A stretch of 64,000 bases of DNA from the human T2T-CHM13v2.0 reference genome, Homo sapiens, in NCBI RefSeq assembly GCF_009914755.1, contig NC_060934.1. The stretch is one strand, 5' to 3'. Every line of letters begins with the position of its first letter. The stretch's first letter is position 1. Under the pieces are notes generated by a model. It saw only the letters and a program-made list of their open reading frames with translations. It searched no databases and had not been told where the DNA came from. The position numbers and the translations under genes are program-made. This document shows positions 29,301 through 44,600 of this stretch, piece after piece.

Positions 29301-31899
29301 TAATGCAGAGAAAAGAGCTCAAAGCTGAATCTCCTACAGAAAGCGCATGTGCTTATGAACTTCCTGGTTGTAGCAATGGCTGATATTCACACAGACATGG
29401 CAATACCTACATGCTGTTTCATAGAAAGCCACATCTACACTGTCCTGCATAAGAAGTCAGGAGTGGCCTTTTATTAGACAGCAGCAGAGCAAGCTTCTCA
29501 AGTACCTTGAATATATCCCTCATGTAATTCATATTTAACGTAGTATACAAGCTCTCAACCCATATGTGAATAAAGTGTCGGATATATAAGCACAGATGAA
29601 CCTACACATTGCTTTTGAAAAATATTTGCCATGAAGTCTACAATGCAATATTGCTCTGCTCTTCAAAAGATTCCAAGTGAATAGCCCATGTGTGACAACC
29701 TTGATCCTTGCAAATAATTACGTGACATCCAAATGGATCCAGAAGGACGCAAGAGTCCTGGTGTGGCATAATGCAAAGCATGACTGAAGACACACAGTGG
29801 CCAACCTCTCAGTGTCCCAAAGACTCTGTGTCTGTTTTTCAGGGTTTTTTTTTTTTTCCCTTGAATTCCTGTCACCGAGGTAGATGCCTTTTCTCAGGAT
29901 GCAAAGTAAAAAGATACAAGAGCTGAATATCTGCTAGATTCCTTCCTTTTGAAAAATTGTTCATTGTTCTGTGTCCCAAGTTAGGTCCGATAATGACAAT
30001 GCTTCTTTTTCATAATAATAATAGAGTATCTGGAAACCTCTGACCACAGTAAAAACCCTGAAAAGATACAACCACAGGATTGATAACAGGAGTCAGGTGT
30101 GATTAGCAGAGCAGTCATTAAAGAAGATAAAGAGGAAAGAATGCTGTCCTCACAGGGCAGGCCAGTCTGACTTACAGAACCTCCAGGAAGGCAAGGATTA
30201 TCCGTCTTATTTTCTCTCTGCTAATAAAAGTTTTCTTTGTTGTTGTTCTTCTGGACAATAAGAAGAATATTTAGAATCCAAATGCAGCAAATTATAAAAT
30301 AATATCCTCTGGAGATGCTGAGATAATATATTTACCGAGTTTTATTAAAAACAAATATATCATTAAGTGAGACTGTAGTCTTAAAAACACACAAAGGCCT
30401 AATCTCTATCAGGATGCAGGCATGTAAACTGTTCTAGAATAGTATTTATAATCACACTTTCTTAGGTTGGGAGAACTGTTTTCAAAACTCCTGCTAGTTA
30501 ATGACCTAACTTTCCCCCACAAAGTTTTTGGCTCTCAGCCTGAGACTATCTTAAGGATATAAGCAGAGGCCTGAAAACCCTATGGCCATGGAGATTTGGC
30601 TGCAGAAAGCCAAAGCCAAAGGAGGCATAGACCTGTTCCCTGGGACACAAACATGTTCCAAAGTCAAATCAATGTTGTGAGCAATATAACATGTATGACG
30701 GCAACCATAGTCAATATTTCAATAGTTGTGCATTGCTCACAGATGTAATTCTTAACAGAAGGTGGTTCTAACACCCTCAAGACAATGTTGGGAGTGAAGA
30801 TAGACACATAAGTAGCAACCAGCTTATTGAAATCTGTTAGTCCAAACAAACGCCTTAGAAAAAAATTTCCAAAAGTGTTTGTAGGGGGTTAAATTTTATT
30901 TCCCAAATTTTTGTAGTGCAGAAATCTTTAGAATCATTCAAGCTTCAGTGGATTTTAAACTTCCTAACATTAGCTGCAAATTTTTATTGCATGTGTATAT
31001 ATCCGTATTGATTTTTTCTGAGAAGAGGGTCAAATAGGTTTAATCACATTATTATATTGTCAGAAACCAGTGCTCTAAGGACCCACCAGGGTGTGTAGCT
31101 AACAATAGACAAGGGATTCTGGTGAGAATTTCATACAGTGAGACAAAAACAAACTTCCTAAGTAGATTGCTGCTCACCCCAGATGAACCACAGCAAGGAC
31201 AATGGGGACAGCAGCAGCAGCAGCAAGTGATGTTTCACCTGCTGGTTGTTGGAGTCCTGGGAAGGTGTTAGTGGTGTTTGCTAGAAGCAATCTGCTGCCC
31301 TGGAAACCTTGCTGCTTGTTGGAGTGGCAGTGAAGAGTGGCCCATACACACAGGGCACTGCCACAGAATCAAAGGTTCCATGGGAGAGGGTGAGCATGTT
31401 CTCCAGGTGGACCCCTTCTATAGAAATTCTAGCACAGGGAAATCCAGTCATTCTTCCCTAGGACAGATGTTGACCGACTCTTTACTGCCTTCAACTCTGG
31501 GGTCATGTTCTGTTAAAAGTATTATGAAGACAACAAAGAAAATATTAGAACTTCTTTAAGAGAAAAAGGAATGTACAACCCAAGGATGAATGAAGAGAGT
31601 GAGGCTCACTGCAGAAGAAAAAAGATTATGGAAGAAGAAGTATTTCATAAATCCCCAATTGATCATAAATCTACATCTGTGTGACTACCATATGTGTCAC
31701 TGATGAATTAGAAGCTGGTTCTTAGAATCCTGTCTTGCACATGGGATTATGCAATTTACATACCATTTTGGTTCTAACACTTTGGCCACATCTTACTGTA
31801 GAATTGGATATAATGCCCAGTTAAAGTAGTTTGTTTTCTGCTGTGATGCTAAGGGGGCCTCAGGATGTCATGGCAACCAAAGGGTAGTCTAGTCCAGAA

Positions 31900-32450
31900 C
31901 AGATGCCCCTGAGCTATGATGGGGTTATGTCCTGATAAACCCATTGCAGATTGAAAATATGGTACATTGAAGGCTGGGCTTGCTCGCTCATGCCTGTAAT
32001 CCCAGCACCTTAGGAGGCCGAGGCAGGCTGATCACCTGAGGTCAGGAGTTCAAGACCAGCCTGGCCAACATGGTGAAACCCTATCTCAACCAAAATACAA
32101 AAATTAGCTGGGCATGAAGGCCTGTAATCCCAGCTACTCGGGAGGCTGATGAGGGAGAATCACTTGAAGCCAGAAGGTGGGGGTTGCATACAGTCAGATT
32201 GCGCCATTGCACTCCAACCTGGGCAACAGAGCGAGACTCTGTTTCAAAAAAAATGAAAGACAAAGAAAAAGAAAATATGGTAAGTTGAAAATGCACTTAA
32301 TACACCTAATCTATAGAACTTCATGGGTTAGCCTAACTTGCCTTAGACGTGCTCAAAACACTTAAATTAGCATACAGTTGGGCACAGTCATGTAACACAG
32401 AGCCTATTTTATAATAAGGTGTTAAACATCTCAAGTCATTTATTGATGTA
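31900..32450. mobile_element. MER47A (Tigger family) interrupted by an Alu
   Basis: cagatgcccc...gatggggttatgtcctgataaacccat; resumes aatgcacttaatacacctaa...cagttgggca. Confidence 0.75.
31972..32270 (+). mobile_element. AluS
   Basis: TSD gaaaatatggtacattgaa / gaaaatatggtaagttgaa. Confidence 0.92.
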
Positions 32451-33509
32451 GTTGCTAGTTGAACCAGCATAAATCAAGAACTGTCTGTATTGATTACATT
32501 TTCTTTCTCCTAACTTTTCAAAATCCTAAACACTGTCATGAGAATCTGTTGTGGAGTAATCTTGCATTATTTTACACAAACACACTTTAAGAATATCTGT
32601 ACTTTTATCTTATACCTGTAATAATGAACTTTACCATTTTTCTATGGCATAGAAAGGTATTTACCCACCTCGCTTTTAAATCTAAAATTCCCTCCTTCAC
32701 CAAATTTACACTCTGAACAATTCAGAGACTTCTTTCGAGTGCTCTTCCATCATTTATCTTTCCAATGGATGGGTCCTAACCATGTCCCTATCCCTGGAAA
32801 GTCCATACCTCCCCTTGGTCAGTTCACCTGGGCCTTGGCCCCGCTGATGTGCTCTGCCTGCCATGAGACAGATCCTGCAGGGGCACCTGGGATTCCCTGA
32901 CAGTTCACTGGGTCTTGTGCCAGAGTGGGAGCCTGTTTTGTGTTGTTACCACTTGCTGCCTCTTAAGGTCTGACGCCCATCACTTTGTTGACTTGTTTTG
33001 CCATTCAACTTCAGTTTGCCATAAAACACTACTCTAAGTCAGCCTGTTAGAGAAAACACTGTCAAGGTCTGCAGTCAAGGATAGGCATAGCTTCTGAAGC
33101 CTGTTTTTCTCCCTATTATCATTTTGCCCAAGCCTTGCTCTTTCCGAGTCCCTTACCTTTGTGAGCAGCATCAGTGTCATGAGGTCTGTAACAAACGTGT
33201 TGCCGTGGTTAATAAACTGACCTCAGGTCCCCTCCGAGTGCGTTTTTGCATGCCCAGCATTTTCACTGTAAAGTAGATCCTTGCTGAATCAATTTCCATC
33301 TGTCATTGTTCTTATTGCCCCACTTAACAGGATTGAATTACCAGGTTGAGATTGGGTTTCTGTATTCCAGCAAAACTGCTCACATAATCCTATGTGGCCA
33401 GGGAGGTCAGTAACACATATGGTAAAACTGTGTGATGCCACTGCAATGTGCCCATCTGGTTGCTGAATATAAGACCAAATCTGAAAGCTTTCTGAAGGTC
33501 CTGAAGTTA

Positions 33510-33936
<427 letters not shown>

Positions 33937-34556
33937 TAGCACTTTGGCCCTGTTCCCGTGGGTACGCTGCTTCCTCTCTCAGGGCATCAGCCTCTGACAG
34001 GTGCCCTGGGTCCCATCGAGGTCTCATGACTCAGTATCATCTGAGGGCATGACTTTCCTAGTCGTGCCTCACCCTCAGCACCCCCACATCCTCTGTGTAT
34101 GGTGAGCATGTGGACAATGCCCTTTTGCGTGGTTCTGCTGGGGCAGAGCAACAGCTGGCAGGCTTGATCCTGAGGACTCTGGGGCCAGCACAGAGGTGGG
34201 GACAGTCACGTCTCATCTTTCTGAAGCTACGGCCCCAATTCTGATGAGCTGGCCAGAGCCAGAGCGGCAGCCTTGGACACCATACAGAGGAAGCTGACAC
34301 CAGCCTGTTCTCTCCGTTTCCCTCTTGTATTTAGGCTCTGCCCCTTGTGTATTTAGGGTGTTCCCACAGAGAGAGTGAATCATTCCTTTCAAAAGGAGCT
34401 ACCACTTAGTAAATATAATGCAGCATAAAGAGTCTCTCTGTGACATTCAAGGTGTTTTTTTTGTGTGGGAGGGTCCTCAATTTATCAAGATTGGGGGCAG
34501 GAACAGTGCTGAAGAACAAGGAATTCAGTGTGGATGGCTGTGTCCCCTTGCCCCTG

Positions 34557-34931
34557 GTTACAGACTGAACTGTGTCCCCCTGATTCATAAGTTAAAGCCC
34601 TAACACCAATGGGACTGTATTTGGAGACAGGATCTTTAAAGAGGTCATTAAGGGTAAATAGGTCCTAAGAGTGGGGCCCTAATTCTCACAGGACTGGAGT
34701 ATTTAGAAGAGGAAGAGATTGCTCTGTCTCCTCTCTTCATCACTGTCTCTCTCCATCTTTGTATCTCTCTGTCTCTCTCTGTTTCTCTCCCTATCTCTAT
34801 CTTCATCTCCATCTAGCTGTCTTTGTCTATTTTGGTCCCTGTCTCTCTCTTTCTCTGTCTCCATCTCTGTTTCTGTCTCTCTGTCTCTGCCTCCATCTTT
34901 GTCTCTGTCTCTCTCCATCTCTATCTCTGTT

Positions 34932-34969
<38 letters not shown>

Positions 34970-35121
34970 ATGTGAGCACACATTGAGGTTGTCATCTGCA
35001 AGCCAGGAAGAAACCATCACCAGAGGACACTTTGATTTGGCCTTCCAGCCTCTAGTGCTGTGAGAAAATAAACCTCTGTTGTTCAAGCCACCCAGCCTGT
35101 GGCATTTCATCGTGGCAGCCT
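34557..35121 (+). mobile_element. MLT1A-type MaLR LTR with expanded C/T tract (34720-34966)
   Basis: gactgaactgtgtcccc...gtatttggagacagg...ccttccagcctctagtgctgtgagaaaataaa. Confidence 0.8.
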
Positions 35122-36469
35122 CCTGTTCCTACAGCTCAAAATCAAGCAAATCATTGTAGCATGTGGGGCAACCTTGGCGAGCTTATTAATTACTTAGTCT
35201 GTCTCCCAGGCAGCCATCTTTATGGTCATCCTTCAGACCCCACTGCCCTTGGCCCCAAAGCCATGCCCACAGATACTTCTCAATTTCCGTGTCTTATTTT
35301 TATTCAAGTTCTGCTCTGTGTAGATGACAGCAGCCATCCTGAGACATCCATCTATGGAAGTGCATGACTTTGTTCAGGTGCAATATTGACAGTAATACTG
35401 TTCCCTACCAGGTGCACCACAGGCTGGGCCCATACCAAGCCCTTTGTGTGAATATCAGGTATTTTCACAGGGGATTTCTTTGTACCACCTAGAGAAAAGC
35501 CTCATTCAACAGACCTTCCACATTTGTATGCAAAGTCCTACCTTTCCTGGACTTTTGCTGTTCTTCAAAGCACACATACACCAGGATCATATGCTTGGGT
35601 GCGTAGGACTTCTCATTTTATCTTCTCATAAATGAGACTGAGAAGGCACCAGAAACTTGGGGACCAGCCAGCAGCATGCTGTGTTCTCAGTGAAGCTATT
35701 GAAAAACCTTAGTTACAGTTCTAGAAATAAATGTATTCATGAAAAATTAAGAAAATATAGTCTCGCCCTTCTGGATTACCATCATTATAAACAGACACAC
35801 CAATTGTCTTATGATATAAAAGTCAGAATTAGAAGTATAGAAAGTAAAAAATCCAATTGCTGCATTCTAGAAACTCTTATGCATATTTTTAAAAGATAAT
35901 CAAACACAATCACCAGGAAAAACCTTTGATCTAAGATATGCCACTTTTTTTTGGTCTCCGAAGTATACTATTTTCCTCTGATTACGTTAAAGAAGATTGC
36001 CTTTAAAAACATTAGATGGAGATAATTTTGAGTCCTATTAACTTGTATTTCAAGCTTGCCTCAAGCACTAATGAGAAAAAAAATTCCTGCTTTTCTCACA
36101 AAGAGGAATACACAACTCCAGCCTCAAAAATACACTCAGTGTTTGCATTTTATTAAAGCACACTTTGGACATCTGTGCCACTGACCTACAGGTATACTGA
36201 TCTAGAGATGTATTAGCATGGTGTATGAGATCAAGTTTGAGAATATTGCTTTACCAATCAAATGAAAGCATCTCTAACATTTAAATGCTTACCTGTGGCA
36301 TGATGCCACCAATGACTACTGCCTCTTCACTCCAAGTATTTGCAGAATTGCTTACACAAGCCCCCCAGATTGCCTGCTGTTGTATATTTCAAGATATTCT
36401 TATTTATGGTCTTGTTACGCAGGTGTAAGTAACTGTGGGCTCAAACCAGTGACATTGTTTGGGACAGGA

Positions 36470-36697
36470 GGTGACAGAGCTAAGAGTCGGACATGGGACA
36501 CACCTGTGCTCAGATGAACTTATTATTATTCATGGGAATTTAAGCAATTATTTTCCAATTTTAAATCTGTTTCCCCATTTGAAAAAAATTATTCCACATA
36601 AGTATTGTGAGCATTAAACAAAAGAATGTATGTTAAACATTTAGCTCAGAGCAAGGCACATAGCAAATGCTTAATAAATAATAGCCATTATTATCAT
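36470..36697 (+). mobile_element. MIR
   Basis: ctgtttccccatttgaaaa...ggcacatagcaaatgcttaataaat. Confidence 0.65.
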
Positions 36698-36817
36698 TTG
36701 AGATTTTTCTGAAGTTATGTGGAAAATATCTTACCAACTTAGAAACACAATTTAAATGCCCTGAGAAGGAAGATTGACTCCAGGGAATGATCTCTTGTCC
36801 GTCAGGATAAAGCATTC

Positions 36818-37006
36818 TTAGGTGTCCAGCATACCTAGTCAGTTATGCAGTATACCTGGTCAGGTATCTACCATACCAAGTTAGGTGTCTACTGCACCTG
36901 GTCAGGTGTCCAGCATACCTAGTCATGTGTGCGGTATACCTGGTTAGGTGTCTAGCATACAGAGTTAGGTGCCTACCACACCTGGTCAGATGTCCAGCAT
37001 ACCTGG
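36818..37006. repeat. 21-bp minisatellite, 9 copies
   Basis: Consensus tyaggtgtcyagcatacctgg, exact 21-bp period without indels. Confidence 0.92.
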
Positions 37007-38020
37007 TCCTGTTTCCTTTAGGAGACATTTCCATTTTTGAAGGAAATTTTCAGGCTGATACACATAGTTTCCTTTTAGGAGTGGTATACAATCTATTAAT
37101 TCAATAGCAGTTATTTTCCTTTCATCTGTTTTCTTGTTCTTCAATTCATTTTACATTTCTAATAGTTGCATTTACACATTTTTGCTCATTTAAAAACAGA
37201 AATGCACCCTTAGCACATTTATTAATAGGCATATTGTCCACAGAAAATTTATTCTCACTAAATACTGCTTTCCAATTTGTTGCTGGTATAGAGTCTCTTG
37301 AGGATTTTGCTTGACACCTGAGTTTTCAGTTTTTTCACCAAGATATCTAATGATAATTATATCAATATCTTGAATTCTATTAACTTACAGGTGCAGTAAA
37401 CTTATTGGAACTATCCTTAATAATTTATTGAGCACCTACTATATGCCAGGCACTGCATCAAATCTAGTTACACTAAAATAAAAACTTAAAACTAAAAAAT
37501 CTCAAATTCCTGTCTGAAAGAAATATTCAATTAATGTTGACTAAAATAAAATACTTGAATTATCTGGGTTTTCACTTATTGCATTACCCTGGGAAGGGCA
37601 ACTACTTTAGGGTTATTCTTCCCTTGCTACTTCTCTTCAATGGTATTTCCTTCTCCATCTGTTTTTTAAACATGAACCAAGAGGCTGTTTGAAGCCAGAA
37701 CCTTGATCACATGCACAGGGAAACCAACTGGTAAGTAGTTCCTGGATGAGTTCTCAGAAGTACCCGGAGTCCCGGGCCACGCTCATTGCTGGGGATCCAA
37801 GATAAGGGTTGACTTCTGTTGCAGGGAGACCCAGCTACAGCAGATGTGCTGTCATTTAGAAGGGAACCAGCAGGGTCGCCACCCCACCAACTTCACGAAA
37901 GCTCATCTGAGCCTTGCAAAGGGGCAGGATCAGGAGGGCAAAGTCAGCCCACGGTCCTGCAGTGAACCATGAAAATGCTGGAGACCATGGGTGTGCAGGC
38001 TGGCTCTTCAATTTGACTTC

Positions 38021-38419
38021 TATTAAAATAAAAACTTTAGAAAAATTAAACAGTTTAACTGAGCAAAGAATGATTTGCAAACCAGGCAGCCCCTAGAACC
38101 TGAAAGGGGTTCTAAGAGACTCTGCGGCTGCCCCATGGTTGGATAATATTAGGGACAGAAAAAGGAAAGTGAGGGACAGAAAACAGAAGTGAGGCACAGA
38201 AACAGCTGGACTGGTCACAGCTCCACCTCTGCCTTCTTTGAACACAGATTGAGCAGTCAGCCACCTGTGATTGGCCGAAGCTCTGATTGGTACAATCACA
38301 ATTGTAGGTGCCAGCCTGTTACACATCCTGTTAGGTTACAGTTCACTGTGCATGGAGAAATCTTTTAGTGAGCTTAAACCACATAAGGAGGCAGCTTTAG
38401 GCTGAACTTAATGCTTGAC
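38021..38419 (-). mobile_element. MER57-type ERV1 LTR
   Basis: taaggaggcagctttaggctgaacttaa end; ttaggttacagttcact. Confidence 0.75.
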
Positions 38420-38831
38420 AGCAGAGAACAACTTACAGTGGTCCAGGAGGGCCACCAGAGGACACTCCTGAACACTCCATCAGCCAGGGCCTTTCCATCC
38501 TCACAGCTAAGAGCCTTCTGCTCAAGCTAAAGACCAAGGAAGCAGCTCCAAGTGAGCCTACTGCCTTGGCGTGACTTCCTGAACATGCAAAGCTGACTGT
38601 GCATTGTCTTCCATAGCACATCTGGTCCCCGGGTGTGCAGGCCACTGCAGCATGAAGACTCATCAATCAGAGCAGATGCATGCTGGGGCAGAGCATAGGG
38701 GTCCCCAAATGGCCTGGGAGTTAGTCTTTTAATTTCTGAGTTTGGGAGTGGTGGGGGTCCAGGGAGAGAAGTGTGCTTGTCTGGGCAAGTGGGGTTAGTA
38801 TAGGGACCCTGGGGCAGCTGCTATTTACTAA

Positions 38832-39172
<341 letters not shown>

Positions 39173-40239
39173 TAGAAAGCAGGCAATGGGCTCCGTTGGA
39201 ATGACTGATGTTGCCCGGTCTGTCCAACTCCAGGCCCTGGCCTTTCCCAGCCTCCACTTCCCACGTAGCGACTTGAAGCAGCTTGTAGTTTCAGGCACGT
39301 CACACCATTCCACTCCTGCTCTTCTCTTGGGGCCTCCCGCCTTCTGTCCAGTTCACCCCCTTCCTCCTCATGTGCCCTTGGGGCCTCTGCTAAGACATAC
39401 CCTTCTTCATGGGGTCTTTGCTCACTGGTCTGGGCTGGGCCATGCGGATGCTGCCTTCTTCACCCAAGTGCACATGCACACTTCTGTTGCTGTTCCCACG
39501 GTGTGACACAGAGGCTGGCCGAGCTCCACCTTCTTCCTAGATGGTCTCTATCCTCTGGGATTCTACATATGTGCAGGGGTCTTATTCTCTAGACCCCAAA
39601 TGAGGACATTTGTCTGAAATATTGGCATTATTCCAAAACATGGAGGCCAGTCTAGAGTCGGGAGTTACCGTTGTGTAGCAGACCTCTAAATATCCTTTAT
39701 GCTCGTCACGACTTTGAAGTCATAGTAGTTACCAGACCCACCACTAAATCTTTTTATTTTAATGCTCAGAGAAGCACGTAGACTATTCCCAAATAAGTTT
39801 TTAAAAATATTCTATATACTTTGTATATTTTTAAAATATTTGACAACTGGTTTTTAATAATAGTAATAGTTTATTAGATATTTTCCTTATTTATTTTCAT
39901 ATTTATTTTATCTAATTTAGGTGTTTTATTTTCTTAGGTATTTTAATAGTTTAAAAATATTCTGAGAAAGGGTCTTTAGGCTTCACGTGGCTATCAAAGA
40001 GACCCAATGCATAAAAAGATTAAGAATGTTTTTAGAGGATTTGAGGAAAGATAAAAGATAACTGTGAAGGCTGTCATCAAAAGTGTAAGGTGAAGACTCT
40101 AATTTGAGTAGAACCAGGGCTGTATGCCTGGTACACAGTGGTGCTCAAGCAAAGTTTATTGAATGATGAGTGACTGCATGGATGCTGGTTGGGCTCCTTT
40201 TGGGCTCCTAATGCCTGAGCCATTTAGCTGCTCCTATAA

Positions 40240-40770
40240 AGTGCACTAGTGGGTCACTATCCCTAAGGCCTTTGCTTCCAAGCACAGCCACTGTCTGAAG
40301 ACAGTGCTGCCTGCATCTCTTGTGTTTTACTCATCTCCTGGACAGAGATATCTCATGTCTCCTGCAAGTCTTTGTTGAGGACTTGTCTGAACAAAGTCTT
40401 TTTTCTTTTCCAGGATGTTTGTGCAGCAAACAGCCTTAGAAGGTGGAGATAGTGTGTCCCTAGGAGCAAAGGGCAGTCATGCCTCCTGCCAGTGTAAAAG
40501 ATCCAGGTTCTCTAAGCTCAGGGTCGCTGCTTCTCTCCTGTAGCACAACCCACTGCACATCCACATCATCTGGTCTTTTCCATCACCATGTGGGGCTTGA
40601 CAAACTGGCATCACAAAATTCAGATACTCTGACTATGGCAGCTTCTGTGTGTAATAACATTGTTGTCCTCTGACACAGGTGTCTCATGTCTTCTGCCAGC
40701 TTTTGTGAAACTGGCAGGCTCAGGAGTTAGCTTGCAGGAGAGTAAAATCTCAGACCCTTTTCAGGTCTTG
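40240..40770 (+). mobile_element. Old ERVL-class LTR (MER54/LTR47-like)
   Basis: ctaagctcagggt and gtaaaatctcagaccct motifs; subfamily uncertain. Confidence 0.45.
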
Positions 40771-41597
40771 AAAGCTCACAGGGGAAACCTGGATCTGGGT
40801 CCACGTTGGGTGCCCCTTTCTCCAGAGCTGTAGTTGTCATTCTAGAAAGTCCAGAAGGCAGCAGAACAGTGACACTGCTGTGCCCTCTAGTGCCCACTGC
40901 AGGTTATGTATCAAGGGGAGAACTTGTAGGAACTCAGCTCTCAAGCTGTCTAAGAAGAAAGCTAACCATGCAGTCTCCTTTTAGCTTTGTTCCATAACAG
41001 AGTGTTGCAGGTACTCCATGTTACCTACCATTAGCCATTATTTTCCCCTAAGCTTTGGGTGAAATTTATAGCTGATCTCCTGAGAAGCTGTATTACAGCA
41101 GTCACTAGATGTGTGCTTTTTTTCTTCCTTTTTCCCTGGCAGGATCCATCCATGCTAGGTGCCAGGAATAATTCCAAGCCCTGAGATGTACCCACAGACC
41201 CAGTTCCTGCACTGTAGGGCTGGGTCTGAGTCTGCACTTAGCCAGAGACTCTGCAAAGGCCAAGATGAAAGAAAGATGATTTCTGTGGAGTTCTCATCCA
41301 GTGCTGTGTCTCAGCACTGATAGAAACGAGTCAGTTTTGCATGCCACATGTTTCCGTCCTTATTTAGATGTGGGGCTGCGACCTCCACAGATAGAATTTG
41401 GGAGGAGAGGGTCGAGGCAAACCAAATACAAAGGTGGCCCAGAGCAGCACAAGAGCCCAAGAGCTGTCACCATGCAGATCTTTGTGGTATTCATGGCCTC
41501 GTGTGTTTTGGGTAAATCTGACTCTGATGGGTGGGAAAGGGTCAGGCTTCCCCTCTATGCAGCTGCACACTCCTCCACTGTTGGCACCCTACCTATT

Positions 41598-41880
41598 CTA
41601 TTTTTAGAGACAGGGTCTCACTCTGTCTCCCAGACTGGAGTGCAGTAGCACGATCATAGCTCATTGTAGCCTCCAATTACTGGGCTCAAGCAATCCTCCT
41701 GCTTTAGCCTCCTGAGCAGCTGGAACTACAGGTATACACCACTACACCTGGCTTTTTTTTTTAAGAGACAAGGTCTCACTATGTTGTCTAGGTTGGCCCT
41801 GAATTTCTGGTCTCAAGCAATCCTCCTATCTCAGCCTCTCAAAAGTTTAGGATTATAGGCATGACCCACTGCACTTGGCC
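41598..41880 (-). mobile_element. AluJ
   Basis: Antisense dimer, shortened linker. Confidence 0.85.
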
Positions 41881-42040
41881 ACATCTAGTGAATTTTTTAT
41901 TTTAGGTAATTTATGTTTTAGATCTATAATTTCCATGTGGTTTTTTCTGTAATTTATATTTCTATGCTGGGACTTCCCATTCATTTTCTCCTTCATTATG
42001 AACATATGTCATATATGACATTATGAGTATATGTTCTTGA

Positions 42041-42351
<311 letters not shown>

Positions 42352-42376
42352 GAGCACAGTTTTAAAAGCCACATTA

Positions 42377-43022
<646 letters not shown>

Positions 43023-43429
43023 TAACTTTTCCATGAAAATCTTGGTCATCTCAGAACTTGTCTCCATTGATTGTCTTTTCTTCTGATGTGGTTCATGTGT
43101 TTCTGTTTCTTCATATGCAAAGTGATTCTGGACGTTGTGTATGATAGATGGTAGAGACTCTGGGTTCTATATTGTTCCTCTAAATATTACTGATAGTTTC
43201 TCTTCCAGTAGTTAGTTTATTGTCTGGATTCAAACTCCAAGCTCTTTCTACTAGGTCGTGGAAAGCAGCTGAAATCTCTTCAGCCTAAGATGGCTTGGTT
43301 GGAATTTGCAGTTCAGATGTCAGCTAGATATACTAGCTGATTTTATGTACAGAATTTGGAACTCCACCCTCTGTGAATCTTTTTTCTTGGATTTCCTCCT
43401 TCACCTTCTAGTTGCCGTGGTATCCTTGA

Positions 43430-44600
43430 AACAATTTTGAACTTTCAGGAAAGTAGTAAGTACAGCACAAAAAAACTCAAGAATATACTAAACCAAATTT
43501 AACTTTCACCAATTGTTCTAATAAAGCCCTTTATAGGAAAAGAATCCATCCAGGGTTGTGTGGCTTACCCGGTTGTCTGATTTGGAGCAGTTCCTCCAGA
43601 TCAGACAACCAAAGCGGTTCCTCAATTTGGAGCAGTTCCTCAGTTTCCTGCACTTTGATTACCTTGATGTTTTTGAGAATAACTCAGTCACTTTGTGGAA
43701 TATACTTCAGTTTTCCTCTGTCTGATGTTTTCTCAGAAGTAGACCCAGAGTATCCTGTGGCTGAATTGCCACTGAAATGATGCCAAGTTGCCACTGTGTC
43801 CTCTCAGGAGGCACCATGATGCTGATTTAATCAATTACTGATGGTATTAACTTTGATCACTTGATCAAAACGGTGTTTGCTATGTTTTCCACTCTGTTTT
43901 TTCACCCTTGAATTACTAAGAATGTTGTAGAGTGATACTCTGAGACTATATCAAATACGATTCCTCATTCCACTTTCTTCCATTAATTTTGGTATCCACT
44001 CGTGTTTCTTGCCTGAAGTAATCATTACTGTGATGACAACCAAATGGTAATTTATTAGTACCATTATTCCTTCTGCATTTATCAGATAGGAAGAGCATTC
44101 TCTTCTCTTCATTCATTTGTATTAGTGTAGAGTTATGGATTTCTATTTTACTCAATGTTCTACAGTCCATTACTATCATTATTCTTACACTGTCCCAGAT
44201 TCTGCCAATAGGGGTCCCTTTAGGTTGCTTTAAACTGTGTACTTTTGACAGTCTCATCATGCTGTGAACACTTCTTTACTTTTTCACACAAAAAAATATT
44301 TCAGGCTAATCTTGTAATTTCCTTGTCCCAGTCCTGCAATCAGCTATTTCTTCAAGGACACCAGGTTCTTTTAGTAAAGAATGGCATTTGGGAACCAAAA
44401 TGTAGAAACCAGCTATGCTTATTACTACTAGTTTATTAGCGCTACCATGCCCCCTCAGTGGACAGAGTTGGGATGTGTGCATACAAGCAGCCACATTTGC
44501 ACTTTTACATATTTCTTATTTTAATGAAAGTCATATACTCACAATAACACCTATTCCAAGCCAATGCCACAGTACTTATTCTATTTTCTCCCCTATATCT
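43430..44600 (-). mobile_element. Old L1MC-type 3' region
   Basis: taactttgatcacttgat, ttcttgcctgaagtaatcattact motifs. Confidence 0.6.

Noticed and set aside
31209-31226. (CAG)n run
   Set aside because: Only about five units and not in a supported exon
36818-37034. Heptad-repeat peptide or CRISPR-like array
   Set aside because: The peptide is just the 21-bp repeat in frame; there are no unique spacers and the context is eukaryotic
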